49,236 bases of DNA from Candidatus Magasanikiibacteriota bacterium (GTDB lineage Bacteria; Patescibacteriota; Patescibacteriia; Magasanikbacterales; GWA2-37-8): contig JACRFW010000054.1 in NCBI GenBank assembly GCA_016234265.1, forward strand, positions 1 through 49,236, in the 5' to 3' direction. The position numbers were made by a program, and so were the translations under genes. The notes beneath the pieces are model-generated. The model did not search any database. It had not been told where the DNA came from and saw only the letters and a list, made by a program, of their open reading frames with translations. This document shows positions 25,236 to 34,121 of the stretch, in pieces. The stretch's first letter is position 1, and each line of letters starts with the position of its first letter.

Positions 25236-27155
25236 ATGAACAGCCACATTCGCAACTTTTGCATTATTGCCCACATTGATCACGGAAAGTCCACGCTCGC
25301 GGATCGTTTTTTGGAATTGACCAAAACCGTGTCGGAGCGCGAGATGAAATCCCAGCTCCTGGACAGTATGGATCTGGAACGCGAACGTGGCATCACCATC
25401 AAACTCACGCCGGTGAGAATGAAGTATGTCATTGCGAGAAGCGAAGCGACGAAGCAATCCCCGGGGGATCGCCACGCCCCTTCGGGGCTCGCGATGACAA
25501 CAGAATACATTCTCAACCTTATTGATACCCCGGGACACGTGGACTTTAACTATGAGGTATCGCGCTCGCTCGCCGCGGTGGAAGGCGCAATTCTTCTCGT
25601 TGACGCCACCCAGGGCGTGCAAGCGCAAACGATCGGCAATTTGTACCTCGCGATGGAACAAAATCTCACCATCATTCCGGTCATCAACAAAATTGACATG
25701 CCAATCGCGAACGTGGAGAAAACAACCGAAGAAATTATCAACCTGCTCGGGTGTGAAAAAAAAGATATTCTCCTCGCCTCGGGCCGGACAGGCCAAGGGG
25801 TGGCCCAAATTTTGGAAGCGGTGGTAGAACGCATTCCCCCGCCACCCAACCATACCACCAAGGTGCCGCGAGCGCTTATTTTTGATTCGCTTTTTAACGA
25901 ATACAAAGGCGTGGTGGCATCTATTCGTATAGTGGACGGCGAGCTCAAAAAAGGCGATAAAATTTATTTGATGAGTACCCGAGCGCCAGCCGAAATTTTT
26001 GAGATCGGTTACTACACGCCAAAATTCAGACTGGCGGAAAAATTGAGCAACGGCGAGATTGGCTACATTGTCACCGGTCTGAAAGAGGTCAATGACTGTC
26101 GCGTGGGTGACACGGTCACCTTGTTCCCTCTCCTTTCAAGGAGGGGTCAGGGGGAGGTCTCACGAGACCCCACCTTAGTCCTCCCCTTAAAAGGGGAGGA
26201 AATCCAGCCGCTCCCCGGCTACCGCGAGGTGAAACCGATGGTGTTCGCGGGCATTTTTCCGAAAGAGGGCGACGCCTACCAGGAACTGCGCGATGCCATT
26301 GATAAGCTGAAATTGAGCGACTCGTCGCTCATCTACGAACCGGAACACTCGCACGCGCTTGGTTTTGGTTTTCGCTGTGGTTTCCTCGGCATGTTGCATT
26401 TGGATATTTTCCAGGAACGCCTCAAACGCGAACATGACTTGGATATTATCATCACGGTGCCGAGTGTGGCTTACCACGTGACTAAAACGAACGGAGAAAA
26501 ACTGGTTATCAATAGCCCGCAAGCCATGCCCGAGCCCGGCCATATCCTGGCTGTGGAAGAGCCGTGGATGACGCTGGACGTTATCACGCCCAAAGACTAT
26601 GTAGGCAACGTGATGGGGCTGGTGTCGGACCGGAAAGGCCGCTATTTGAATACCGAATATTTGAGCACCGGGGCTGATCAAAGAGCCTTGCTTCACTACG
26701 AAATACCGCTCGCCTCGCTGGTAACGGACTTTTATGATAAACTGAAGACGGTAACAAGCGGCTACGCCTCCATGAACTACGAGCTGAAAGACTACGAAAA
26801 GACCGAGGTGGTAAAACTAGATATCTTGGTGGCTGACGACCCGGTGGAGTCGCTGGCGACTTTGGTCTGGCGCGACCAAGCTTACCCGGTTGGCAAAAAA
26901 ATTTGCGAATCGCTCAAAGAATCTTTGCCCAAACAGCAATTTGTCTTGAAAATTCAGGCCGCGATCGGAGGAAAAATCATTGCCTCCGAGCATTTATCGG
27001 CTCTGCGCAAAGACGTGCTCGCCAAAATGAGCGGCGGTGACTACACCCGCAAGATGAAGCTTCTCCAGAAACAGAAAAAAGGCAAGGCGCGGATGTTGTC
27101 GCATGGGAAAGTGGATATTCCAACCGAGGCCTATCTTGCTGTATTAAAAAGATAA
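25236..27155 (+). CDS. lepA: Elongation factor 4, with two in-frame palindrome insertions
   Basis: IRNFCIIAHIDHGKSTLADR, DTPGH, NKID, GFRCGFLGMLH, RKMKLL. Confidence 0.98.
   Translation: MNSHIRNFCIIAHIDHGKSTLADRFLELTKTVSEREMKSQLLDSMDLERERGITIKLTPVRMKYVIARSEATKQSPGDRHAPSGLAMTTEYILNLIDTPGHVDFNYEVSRSLAAVEGAILLVDATQGVQAQTIGNLYLAMEQNLTIIPVINKIDMPIANVEKTTEEIINLLGCEKKDILLASGRTGQGVAQILEAVVERIPPPPNHTTKVPRALIFDSLFNEYKGVVASIRIVDGELKKGDKIYLMSTRAPAEIFEIGYYTPKFRLAEKLSNGEIGYIVTGLKEVNDCRVGDTVTLFPLLSRRGQGEVSRDPTLVLPLKGEEIQPLPGYREVKPMVFAGIFPKEGDAYQELRDAIDKLKLSDSSLIYEPEHSHALGFGFRCGFLGMLHLDIFQERLKREHDLDIIITVPSVAYHVTKTNGEKLVINSPQAMPEPGHILAVEEPWMTLDVITPKDYVGNVMGLVSDRKGRYLNTEYLSTGADQRALLHYEIPLASLVTDFYDKLKTVTSGYASMNYELKDYEKTEVVKLDILVADDPVESLATLVWRDQAYPVGKKICESLKESLPKQQFVLKIQAAIGGKIIASEHLSALRKDVLAKMSGGDYTRKMKLLQKQKKGKARMLSHGKVDIPTEAYLAVLKR
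25427..25499. repeat. RPE-like palindromic element in frame in lepA
   Basis: TGTCATTGCGAG...GCAATC...GATCGC...CTCGCGATGACA; encodes VIARSEATKQSPGDRHAPSGLAMT. Confidence 0.85.
26125..26200. repeat. Double-hairpin element in frame in lepA
   Basis: ccctctcctttcaaggagggg and tcctccccttaaaaggggagga hairpins; encodes PLLSRRGQGEVSRDPTLVLPLKGE. Confidence 0.8.
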
Positions 27156-27158
27156 TAT

Positions 27159-27254
27159 ATGAGACCAAAAACCAAAAAATCACTGAAGGTGCTCGTAGCG
27201 ATAATTGGCATTATCGGCATGCTCTTTTTTACCGTTTTGCCCGCCTTTCAATAA
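27159..27254 (+). CDS. 31-aa small membrane protein
   Basis: MRPKTKKSLKVLVAIIGIIGMLFFTVLPAFQ; starts 3 nt after the lepA stop; basic N-terminus plus TM helix. Confidence 0.65.
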   Translation: MRPKTKKSLKVLVAIIGIIGMLFFTVLPAFQ

Positions 27255-27261
27255 TCACGGC

Positions 27262-27358
27262 TGTCATTCCCCTGAAAAGGGGAATCTATAATAAAGCTAT
27301 GGTCAGCGATGGATTCCCGCTGGAGTTTACACTCACGAAAGTGGGTGCGGGAATGACA
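27262..27358. repeat. Family A variant copy 4
   Basis: TGTCATTCCC...GGGAATC...GATTCCCGC...GCGGGAATGACA. Confidence 0.85.
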
Positions 27359-27379
27359 CAAAAGAAAGAATAGACTACT

Positions 27380-29233
27380 ATGAAAAAATGGATCGTGGCC
27401 GAACCGCCGCCAAAAGAATTTTCTGATGCTCACCCGGAGTTGCCAACTATTGTGACGCGACTGCTCTGGAACCGGGGGCTTAAAACACAGGAACAAATTG
27501 ATGAATTTTTGAATCCCGACTATGAAGGGGACATCCATGACCCATATTTATTTAACGACATGGAGAAGGCGGTGGCGTTGATCTGGGATTGTATAGAAAA
27601 TGACAAAAAAATTGTGGTGCATGGCGACTACGACGCGGACGGCGTGTGTGCCTCCGCAATAATTCTCACGACTCTCAAAAAACTGGGCGCTAAAAAAACT
27701 GGTATCTTCCTCCCCCATCGCGAGACCGATGGCTATGGGCTCAACAACCGCACGGTGCAATTGTTAAAAGATGACGGAGCCGAGCTTATCATCACTTGCG
27801 ATTGCGGTATCAGCAACACCGAGGAAATAACGCTGGCCAAAAGCTTGGGCGTGCGCGTGATCGTCACCGACCATCATGCCATGCCGGCGGTATTCCCCCC
27901 GGCGGACGCCATCATTCATCCGCTCGTGCCCGGCGAAAAATATCCGGACAAAACGCTCGCGGGGGGCGGCGTGGCGTTCAAACTGGTGCAGGCATTGTTG
28001 AAGCGACACCGCGAACTCACTTGTCATCCTGAGCAAAGCGAAGGATCCCTTAAACCCAACGAAAGGGATTCTTCGGCTACGCCTCAGAATGACAAAGGCG
28101 CGACACAATGTAAACTACCCAACGGCGAATCGTACGCGTCCGCCGAAAAATGGCTTCTAGACCTCGTGTCTATCTCTACCGTTGGCGATATGGTGCCCTT
28201 GGTCGGCGAATCGCGCACGCTGGTGCGCTATGGCCTGACGGTTTTGAACAAGACCAGAAATATTGGTCTCAAAAAATTACTTATTGTCGCGGGGCTGATA
28301 GACGAAAATGGAAAACCCAAACGCACGTTTGATACCACAACCATTGGTTTCCAAATCGCGCCGCGCATCAACGCGGCCGGACGAATGGACCATGCGAACG
28401 TGGCCTTTGCCTTGCTAATGGCCGAAACGGAAGAAGAAGCGACTGCACTCGCCACTCAACTAAACAAAAATAATACTGACCGGCAAAAACTGACTGACCA
28501 GATAATGGCCGAGGCTCGCAAACAAATCCAAGAGACCGGGCAAGAAAACAACTCTGTTATTTTTACCTTTGGCGAAAATTGGGCGACCGGCATAGTGGGT
28601 CTAATCGCCAGCCGCATTAAAGAAGAGTTTGGCAAACCGGCCATTGCCATGGGATTCAACAACGGACTTATCACCGGCTCGGGGCGAAGCGTGTCAGGGT
28701 TTAATATGATTGAAACGCTTAAAACGATGCCGGAATTTTTTTACAAATTTGGCGGCCACCCGCAGGCCTGCGGGTTTTCACTCAAAAGCAAGGATGTGCT
28801 GGAAAATTTTAAGAAGGCAATGCTCACCAAGGCGGAAACCGGTACTGTCGGACTAGACCTCTCGCCCCAAATCAAAATTGACGCGGAGGTGGACCTGGAT
28901 GAAGTGAACTGGAAGCTCTACGACCTGTTACAGAAATTTGAACCGTTTGGCGTGGCGAACGAAGAACCGCTCTATGCCGCGACGAACCTGACGGTGATGG
29001 GAGTGGAACCGGTGGGGCAAGACGGCAAGCACCTGCGCCTGATGGTGAAACATAATTCACATGTGGTGCGTAAAACTATCGCTTTTGGGTTTGGCAACGT
29101 TCTGCGCCACCCCGACAACTGGAGCGCACTTCGGCCCGGCGACAAGATTGACCTCGCTTTTACGGTGGGGGTCAACGAGTGGAATGGGAACCGGGAACTG
29201 CAACTCCAGGTGGAAGACATAAAGAAGACATAA
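27380..29233 (+). CDS. recJ: ssDNA exonuclease RecJ, with in-frame family B insertion
   Basis: GDYDADG, GYGL, TCDCG, TDHH, PRINAAGRM, GSGRS, GGHPQACG. Confidence 0.97.
   Translation: MKKWIVAEPPPKEFSDAHPELPTIVTRLLWNRGLKTQEQIDEFLNPDYEGDIHDPYLFNDMEKAVALIWDCIENDKKIVVHGDYDADGVCASAIILTTLKKLGAKKTGIFLPHRETDGYGLNNRTVQLLKDDGAELIITCDCGISNTEEITLAKSLGVRVIVTDHHAMPAVFPPADAIIHPLVPGEKYPDKTLAGGGVAFKLVQALLKRHRELTCHPEQSEGSLKPNERDSSATPQNDKGATQCKLPNGESYASAEKWLLDLVSISTVGDMVPLVGESRTLVRYGLTVLNKTRNIGLKKLLIVAGLIDENGKPKRTFDTTTIGFQIAPRINAAGRMDHANVAFALLMAETEEEATALATQLNKNNTDRQKLTDQIMAEARKQIQETGQENNSVIFTFGENWATGIVGLIASRIKEEFGKPAIAMGFNNGLITGSGRSVSGFNMIETLKTMPEFFYKFGGHPQACGFSLKSKDVLENFKKAMLTKAETGTVGLDLSPQIKIDAEVDLDEVNWKLYDLLQKFEPFGVANEEPLYAATNLTVMGVEPVGQDGKHLRLMVKHNSHVVRKTIAFGFGNVLRHPDNWSALRPGDKIDLAFTVGVNEWNGNRELQLQVEDIKKT
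28022..28094. repeat. Family B element in frame in recJ
   Basis: TGTCATCCTGAGCAAAGCGAAGGATCCC...GGGATTCTTCGGCTACGCCTCAGAATGACA; encodes CHPEQSEGSLKPNERDSSATPQND. Confidence 0.9.
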
Positions 29234-29271
29234 AAAAGAGTAACTTTCCCTGCACCAAATTTCTACCAGCA

Positions 29272-29580
29272 CTATTTCTTCAGATCTTTTTCCACATCTC
29301 TCCACCTCTTCTTCAGCTGCCTGATCAGATGATCAGCCATTTCAGCTGCCAGTTCTTTTTTGCTGGCATATTCGGCGACCGCGCGTTCCACCAGCGCGTC
29401 GTACATTTCCTTGGTCGGACCCTCCAGCTGTTTGATGCTGGCTTTGAGCTCGTTATAGAGCGGCTCCAGATGAGCCGCTAGTTTGGCGCGCATCTCCTTA
29501 CCCTTGGGCGTGGCATTGAGCCACATCAAGGTCGCACCGAGCAATCCTCCAAGAAATAAACCTTTTTTGAATCGTCCCAT
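29272..29580 (-). CDS. YtxH-like protein
   Basis: GLFLGGLLGA...ATPKGKEMR followed by helical region. Confidence 0.7.
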   Translation of the reverse strand: MGRFKKGLFLGGLLGATLMWLNATPKGKEMRAKLAAHLEPLYNELKASIKQLEGPTKEMYDALVERAVAEYASKKELAAEMADHLIRQLKKRWRDVEKDLKK

Positions 29581-29588
29581 ATGTTCAT

Positions 29589-29676
29589 TGTCATTCCCGC
29601 ACCCACTTTCGTGAGTGTAAACTCCAGCGGGAATCTAATTAATAATTTTCGGATTCCCGTTTTCACGGGAATGACA
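29589..29676. repeat. Family A variant copy 5
   Basis: First 47 bp are the exact reverse complement of 27312-27358. Confidence 0.9.
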
Positions 29677-29681
29677 GACAG

Positions 29682-30560
29682 TTAAGTTCCACAACCAGGC
29701 TGGGCGGCGGCCGAGCCGGCCGCGCTTAGTTCTGTGCCAAAACCGGCGCCATAGGAACTATTGCTTAAAGCCTGCTGGCATTCAGCAGGTGGGTTGGTGA
29801 AGGCCCCACAGATAGCCTGCTTCACGGCTTCGGGAGTGCGGCCCGCGGATACTTCTACACCGTTGATAACGAGGGTGGGCGAACCCTGCACACCATATTT
29901 AGTATTCAGATCAGCATGAATGGGGTAGACGGGGTAACGGCCGCTTAACCATGAGCCCTGGTCGTTATATTTGGCCGTAATGCCAAAATTTTTGTCGGTG
30001 CGGGCAATACAGCTCGCGAGGGCAGATTGGTTAATGCCGGCGGCATTCAAACATTGCTGGTACTTGGCTTCATTGCCGTTATTTTGCCCGGCGCCAAAAA
30101 AACATTTGAGGTACGCCTGGTACTTGGCTCCTTGCTCGGTCTCAATACAATACTGGCGGGTGTTTTCGTCCACTTCTTTTTTCCCGTGCATGGCGTAGGA
30201 AACAAATTTTACGTCAATATCAGCTCGGCTCTTAAGGAGCTCCCAGGCCGGCACAAAAGCTTTTTCCATCTGCAAACCGTAAGGACAATAAGACATGACG
30301 AACAGCTCCACTTTTGGCTTGCTGGTTTTAGGAACATTTGGGGCCGCGGGCTGCGCACCGGAAGGTTGCGCGGCAACTACCGGCGAACCACCCGTCGGAG
30401 CAACAACTACCCCCGTTGCGCCAGGGGTCCAACCTTTGAGCATTAAGGTCGCGAGAACGATAAAACCAATGGTGCCAATGGATAAAATGCCGCCAACGAA
30501 CCCCACCAGGAGAGCGCTTTTCGGGTCAAGTTGACTAAAGAAACTCTTTGGTTCGTCCAT
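29682..30560 (-). CDS. Membrane-anchored thioredoxin/DsbA-fold protein (CPYG site)
   Basis: ELFVMSYCPYG, GVQGSPTLVING cis-Pro loop, N-terminal TM. Confidence 0.75.
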   Translation of the reverse strand: MDEPKSFFSQLDPKSALLVGFVGGILSIGTIGFIVLATLMLKGWTPGATGVVVAPTGGSPVVAAQPSGAQPAAPNVPKTSKPKVELFVMSYCPYGLQMEKAFVPAWELLKSRADIDVKFVSYAMHGKKEVDENTRQYCIETEQGAKYQAYLKCFFGAGQNNGNEAKYQQCLNAAGINQSALASCIARTDKNFGITAKYNDQGSWLSGRYPVYPIHADLNTKYGVQGSPTLVINGVEVSAGRTPEAVKQAICGAFTNPPAECQQALSNSSYGAGFGTELSAAGSAAAQPGCGT

Positions 30561-30580
30561 ACCGTAATGCGAGTTAGAAT

Positions 30581-31192
30581 TTATGGGTTCTGGAGTAAAC
30601 TAGTATATAACAGAGCGTACTTTAACGCAACAACATCATCAGGGTCAGCCGGGGCATCTGGCAGTTCCTCGCCAAACCAGCCTGTCGAGCTGTCCACTTC
30701 ATAAAATTTGCCACTTGTTACTGTGGCGCCAAAACTTCTTTGAAATATTTTAATTGAGGGGGCGGCTACGGCATCGGCCACCGCAAACAGCTTCGGCAGA
30801 TAATACCTATTATACCAGACAATCCCCAGACTGAAAAAATCCGGAGTGGCAACGCGGCGATGAAAGGTGGCGACCAAGGGAATGTTAGGGTGTTCCCGTT
30901 TCCAAGCAATAATTTTTCCGGCGACGCCGAAAAACGGACAGTGCACATGAATGAGGTCATACTCGCCCAAAGCCACGATAAGTTCGGCAACTGAAGTGAG
31001 CCCCACAAAACGCTGGGACGGAGCTGTGGCGGCCACTTCCCCCTGCTCCTCCCGCGAAGCGCTACCATATTGCAAAGTAAACGCGTCCGCTTCAACGCCG
31101 AGACCGGGCAATTTACCAACCAAAGAAAAAGCGGCGGCGCGAATGTCGCCAAAATAGTCAAAGGCGGAGGGAATGATGTGAAGGACTTTCAT
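30581..31192 (-). CDS. Glycosyltransferase family 4, N-terminal domain only
   Basis: MKVLHI, DLIHVHCP, PLVATFH; no C-terminal EX7E domain. Confidence 0.65.
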   Translation of the reverse strand: MKVLHIIPSAFDYFGDIRAAAFSLVGKLPGLGVEADAFTLQYGSASREEQGEVAATAPSQRFVGLTSVAELIVALGEYDLIHVHCPFFGVAGKIIAWKREHPNIPLVATFHRRVATPDFFSLGIVWYNRYYLPKLFAVADAVAAPSIKIFQRSFGATVTSGKFYEVDSSTGWFGEELPDAPADPDDVVALKYALLYTSLLQNP

Positions 31193-31998
31193 AATTTATT
31201 CTTACATAAGGTAACATGGACATTAGGCGACGGCACGCGGCTGAAAATTACCGACTCTAGATAGATGAGACTGTTGACGATAATTTTTATTAGTTTGAAC
31301 GGCCCGGACGACTGCCCCCTAAAATAGGTTTCGTTGTTGATTTGTGCGAGTCCGCGTTTTTTAGCCGCATAATCCATCAGGAAAAAAGCAACTACACCGA
31401 TGATTTGGCCGAGGAGGTGCTCGCTATAACGAAGGCTTATGACGGAAAAATGGGAACTGATTAATGCTAGGAGCGACTGGCGGGAAAAATAGTTGATGTG
31501 ACCGGCATGTTTTTTTGTGAGGTCGCGTTTCAGATGTAATTTTTCCAGCAAATGCCAAAGTGAGAGCACATCACCCTCGCACGGCACGAAACAATAGGCA
31601 ATGCCACCGGGCTTCAGCACCCGAGACATTTCCGCGAGGAGCGCCGCCGGGTTTTCCACATGCTCCAAAACATCAAAAATAAGTACGGCGTCAAAAAAAT
31701 TATTTTCGTAGAGAAACTGTTCAGAGCTTATGGCATACGCGACGCTATCCGCATAACCCTTGGCAGAATCAATGGCTTTGACGCTAATATCACAGCCGTG
31801 GCAGTCTAACTCTGGCCGGAGTTTTTTAATGCCCCTGATAAATTGGCCGGCGCCGCAGCCGACTTCAAGCACACGCGCACCCGCGGGAAACAAGCGAAGC
31901 GCGGACAGAGCCTGGCGCAAGCGAAAGCTGGTCGGGTCGCTCCACAGGGGTGTGGCACTCCCCCGCCCCCACAGTGATTGTTCGTAATTAAAGGACAC
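31189..31998 (-). CDS. Class I SAM-dependent methyltransferase
   Basis: VLEVGCGAG, FDAV..DVLEHV, RVLKPGG. Confidence 0.92.
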   Translation of the reverse strand: MSFNYEQSLWGRGSATPLWSDPTSFRLRQALSALRLFPAGARVLEVGCGAGQFIRGIKKLRPELDCHGCDISVKAIDSAKGYADSVAYAISSEQFLYENNFFDAVLIFDVLEHVENPAALLAEMSRVLKPGGIAYCFVPCEGDVLSLWHLLEKLHLKRDLTKKHAGHINYFSRQSLLALISSHFSVISLRYSEHLLGQIIGVVAFFLMDYAAKKRGLAQINNETYFRGQSSGPFKLIKIIVNSLIYLESVIFSRVPSPNVHVTLCKNKL

Positions 31999-32016
31999 TT
32001 AAGGATGGTTAAACTG

Positions 32017-33120
32017 TTAAATAGCTACATTGTTAACTTGCTGATAGACTTTTTCTAACATATTAAGGTGTATGTCTAAACTGTATTCAAGCGCTTTGGC
32101 GCGGGCCGCTTCCCCCATCGCTTGCCGCTCTTCTCTGGTTAAAGCAAAAAATATTTTTAGCTTTTCTGCCAAATCATCGGAGCACCCCGAGGCAAACAAA
32201 AATCCGTTTTTCCCATTCTCCACTCGTTCGGCTACGCCCGTGAAATCGCTGGCTATGACCGGCAGTCCGCTCGCCAGTGCCTCCAGTACCGCCAGCGAAA
32301 ACGATTCCCTCTCTGATGGCACCACGGCCACATCCGCGGCGCGATAATAGCCGGCGAGTAGCGCGGGGTCAGAACATACCCCTATCCAGCGTACCCGAGC
32401 GTTCACTCCCAGTTTTTCCGCTTGACGGCGATAGTCTTTTTCCGCGTAGCCGCCACCGACAACTGCCAGCTCTGCCGAGGGCACTGTCACCAGCGCTTGG
32501 AGGAGCAGATCCAGACGTTTTACTGGTAATAAATTTCCCACAAACACAATCTGCTGTCCGTTGCTTTTTTTCTCTTCCGTTGGTTTAAAAATTGTGGTGT
32601 CTACCGCGTTTGGAAGCAGCACTATTTTTTTACTGGCACGACGGCCAAAACGAGCCTCTACGTAATGGGCTTGGTCAACTATACAAATACGTTCCGCCCG
32701 GCCAAAAATAAAGCGAGGCCACATGGCGTCATACAGCGCCTGGAGCATACGCTTGATTGCCCCGCTTGGCACGGCATCCATGTGGTAGGTTACCACGTAG
32801 CGCTCTTGCCACAGAAGCGACGCCCACCAAACCATGTCCCCGGCGCCATACCACGGATAATGAAAGTGAACTAAATCAAAATGGCGAAGCCGCCACAACA
32901 ACTGGGGGATAAACCCCGCGTCTCCGAGCTGAAAGAGCGGCCAAAGACGGACCACGCGAAAAGGTAAATTATCGCTACAGTAGTGCGCCCCCCAATAGGC
33001 CAGAGTAAAGACTGTCACGTCGTGTCCGCGGCGCGAGAGGCCATAGGCTTCATCATACGCGACGCGGCCCATGCCCCCGACGTGCGGTGGAAATGTGGCC
33101 ACCACATGGGCAATTCTCAT
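32017..33120 (-). CDS. Glycosyltransferase family 4
   Basis: PNAVD, FVGNL, ESFSLAVLEA (EX7E). Confidence 0.92.
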   Translation of the reverse strand: MRIAHVVATFPPHVGGMGRVAYDEAYGLSRRGHDVTVFTLAYWGAHYCSDNLPFRVVRLWPLFQLGDAGFIPQLLWRLRHFDLVHFHYPWYGAGDMVWWASLLWQERYVVTYHMDAVPSGAIKRMLQALYDAMWPRFIFGRAERICIVDQAHYVEARFGRRASKKIVLLPNAVDTTIFKPTEEKKSNGQQIVFVGNLLPVKRLDLLLQALVTVPSAELAVVGGGYAEKDYRRQAEKLGVNARVRWIGVCSDPALLAGYYRAADVAVVPSERESFSLAVLEALASGLPVIASDFTGVAERVENGKNGFLFASGCSDDLAEKLKIFFALTREERQAMGEAARAKALEYSLDIHLNMLEKVYQQVNNVAI

Positions 33121-33452
33121 ACCTTCTTATTTTTGTCTTCAAGCGCTGCCGCGCGCGTCAGAATGGTTATCTCTTTTTTGAGCTTCTCTACCTGTAAAAG
33201 CAGGCGGAACAAACTGAAAAAAATGATGACCAGAGCAACGTAAACAACTAGGTCGGCGCCGCGGCCAATGCCGACAAGACGCGCCATGTAGAAAGTGGAG
33301 TTCGGCAATAGAACAATAACACCGGCGGCAATCCAAAAGCTGACCCAAAGAATAACCCAGCCAAGGGCAAGTTCGCGCGCCTGAAAACGCCCCACGACTT
33401 TAATAATGGCGTAGAGAAAGAAGATAACCAAGACCGCTTGAATAAGAAGCAT
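33117..33452 (-). CDS. DUF2304 family membrane protein
   Basis: LVGIGRGADLVVY, ITILTR; follows a GT2 gene. Confidence 0.85.
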   Translation of the reverse strand: MLLIQAVLVIFFLYAIIKVVGRFQARELALGWVILWVSFWIAAGVIVLLPNSTFYMARLVGIGRGADLVVYVALVIIFFSLFRLLLQVEKLKKEITILTRAAALEDKNKKV

Positions 33453-33455
33453 AGA

Positions 33456-34118
33456 TTAACGCGTGAGCTTATGCATAACTAAATCGGAAATAATTTTGAG
33501 CCCGCCAGCAATGCCCTGCCCCATCTCATGATATGTTACTTCAACCGAAACTTCTTTGAAACGCAGGCCATGGGTTTTAATAGCGGCGGTGATTTCGGTA
33601 TTGTGCGCCATATGATCCTCCGTAATGACAATTTTGGCAAGAGCGCGGCGAGAGATGACGCGAAAACCATTGTGGGCGTCACTCAACCACAGTCCAGTGA
33701 ATACAAAATTTATCCACCGGCCAATCGGCAAAATGACGTACCGCTTCAGCCAGGGCACCCGGGAACGATTATCCAAAAGACGCGAACCGAGCACGATATC
33801 AAGATTTTCCTGCTCGATTAGCCGGAGCGCGGGGGCGATATCGCGAGGATTAAATTGTCCATCGCCGTCAAAATGCACGGCATAGCTCGCTCCCTCTTGG
33901 AGCGCGTACTCGTTGCCGGTTTGCAGAGCCGCCCCCTGCCCGCGATTGAGCGCGTGCACGAGCACGGTGGCGCCAGCCTCACGAGCGGTGGTCGCGGTAG
34001 AGTCGGTTGAGCCATCATCAACCACTACCACATCACGCCAGCCTTGTTCAAAAAGGCCGCGGACTACGCGACCTATGTTTTCCCCCTCATTATATGCCGG
34101 CACAATAATACAGACCAT
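33456..34118 (-). CDS. Glycosyltransferase family 2 (DPM1-like)
   Basis: PAYNE, VDDGSTD, NRGQGAAL, FDGDGQ, DAHNGFR. Confidence 0.92.
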   Translation of the reverse strand: MVCIIVPAYNEGENIGRVVRGLFEQGWRDVVVVDDGSTDSTATTAREAGATVLVHALNRGQGAALQTGNEYALQEGASYAVHFDGDGQFNPRDIAPALRLIEQENLDIVLGSRLLDNRSRVPWLKRYVILPIGRWINFVFTGLWLSDAHNGFRVISRRALAKIVITEDHMAHNTEITAAIKTHGLRFKEVSVEVTYHEMGQGIAGGLKIISDLVMHKLTR

Positions 34119-34121
34119 ACG

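Noticed and set aside
23314..25853. Long antisense ORFs opposite murJ and lepA (and similar elsewhere)
   Set aside because: Antisense shadows of well-supported genes with no recognisable motifs
25427..28094. Inteins or introns in lepA and recJ
   Set aside because: Inserts are only about 24-28 aa, lack intein terminal motifs and are DNA palindromes, with the recJ insert matching intergenic copies
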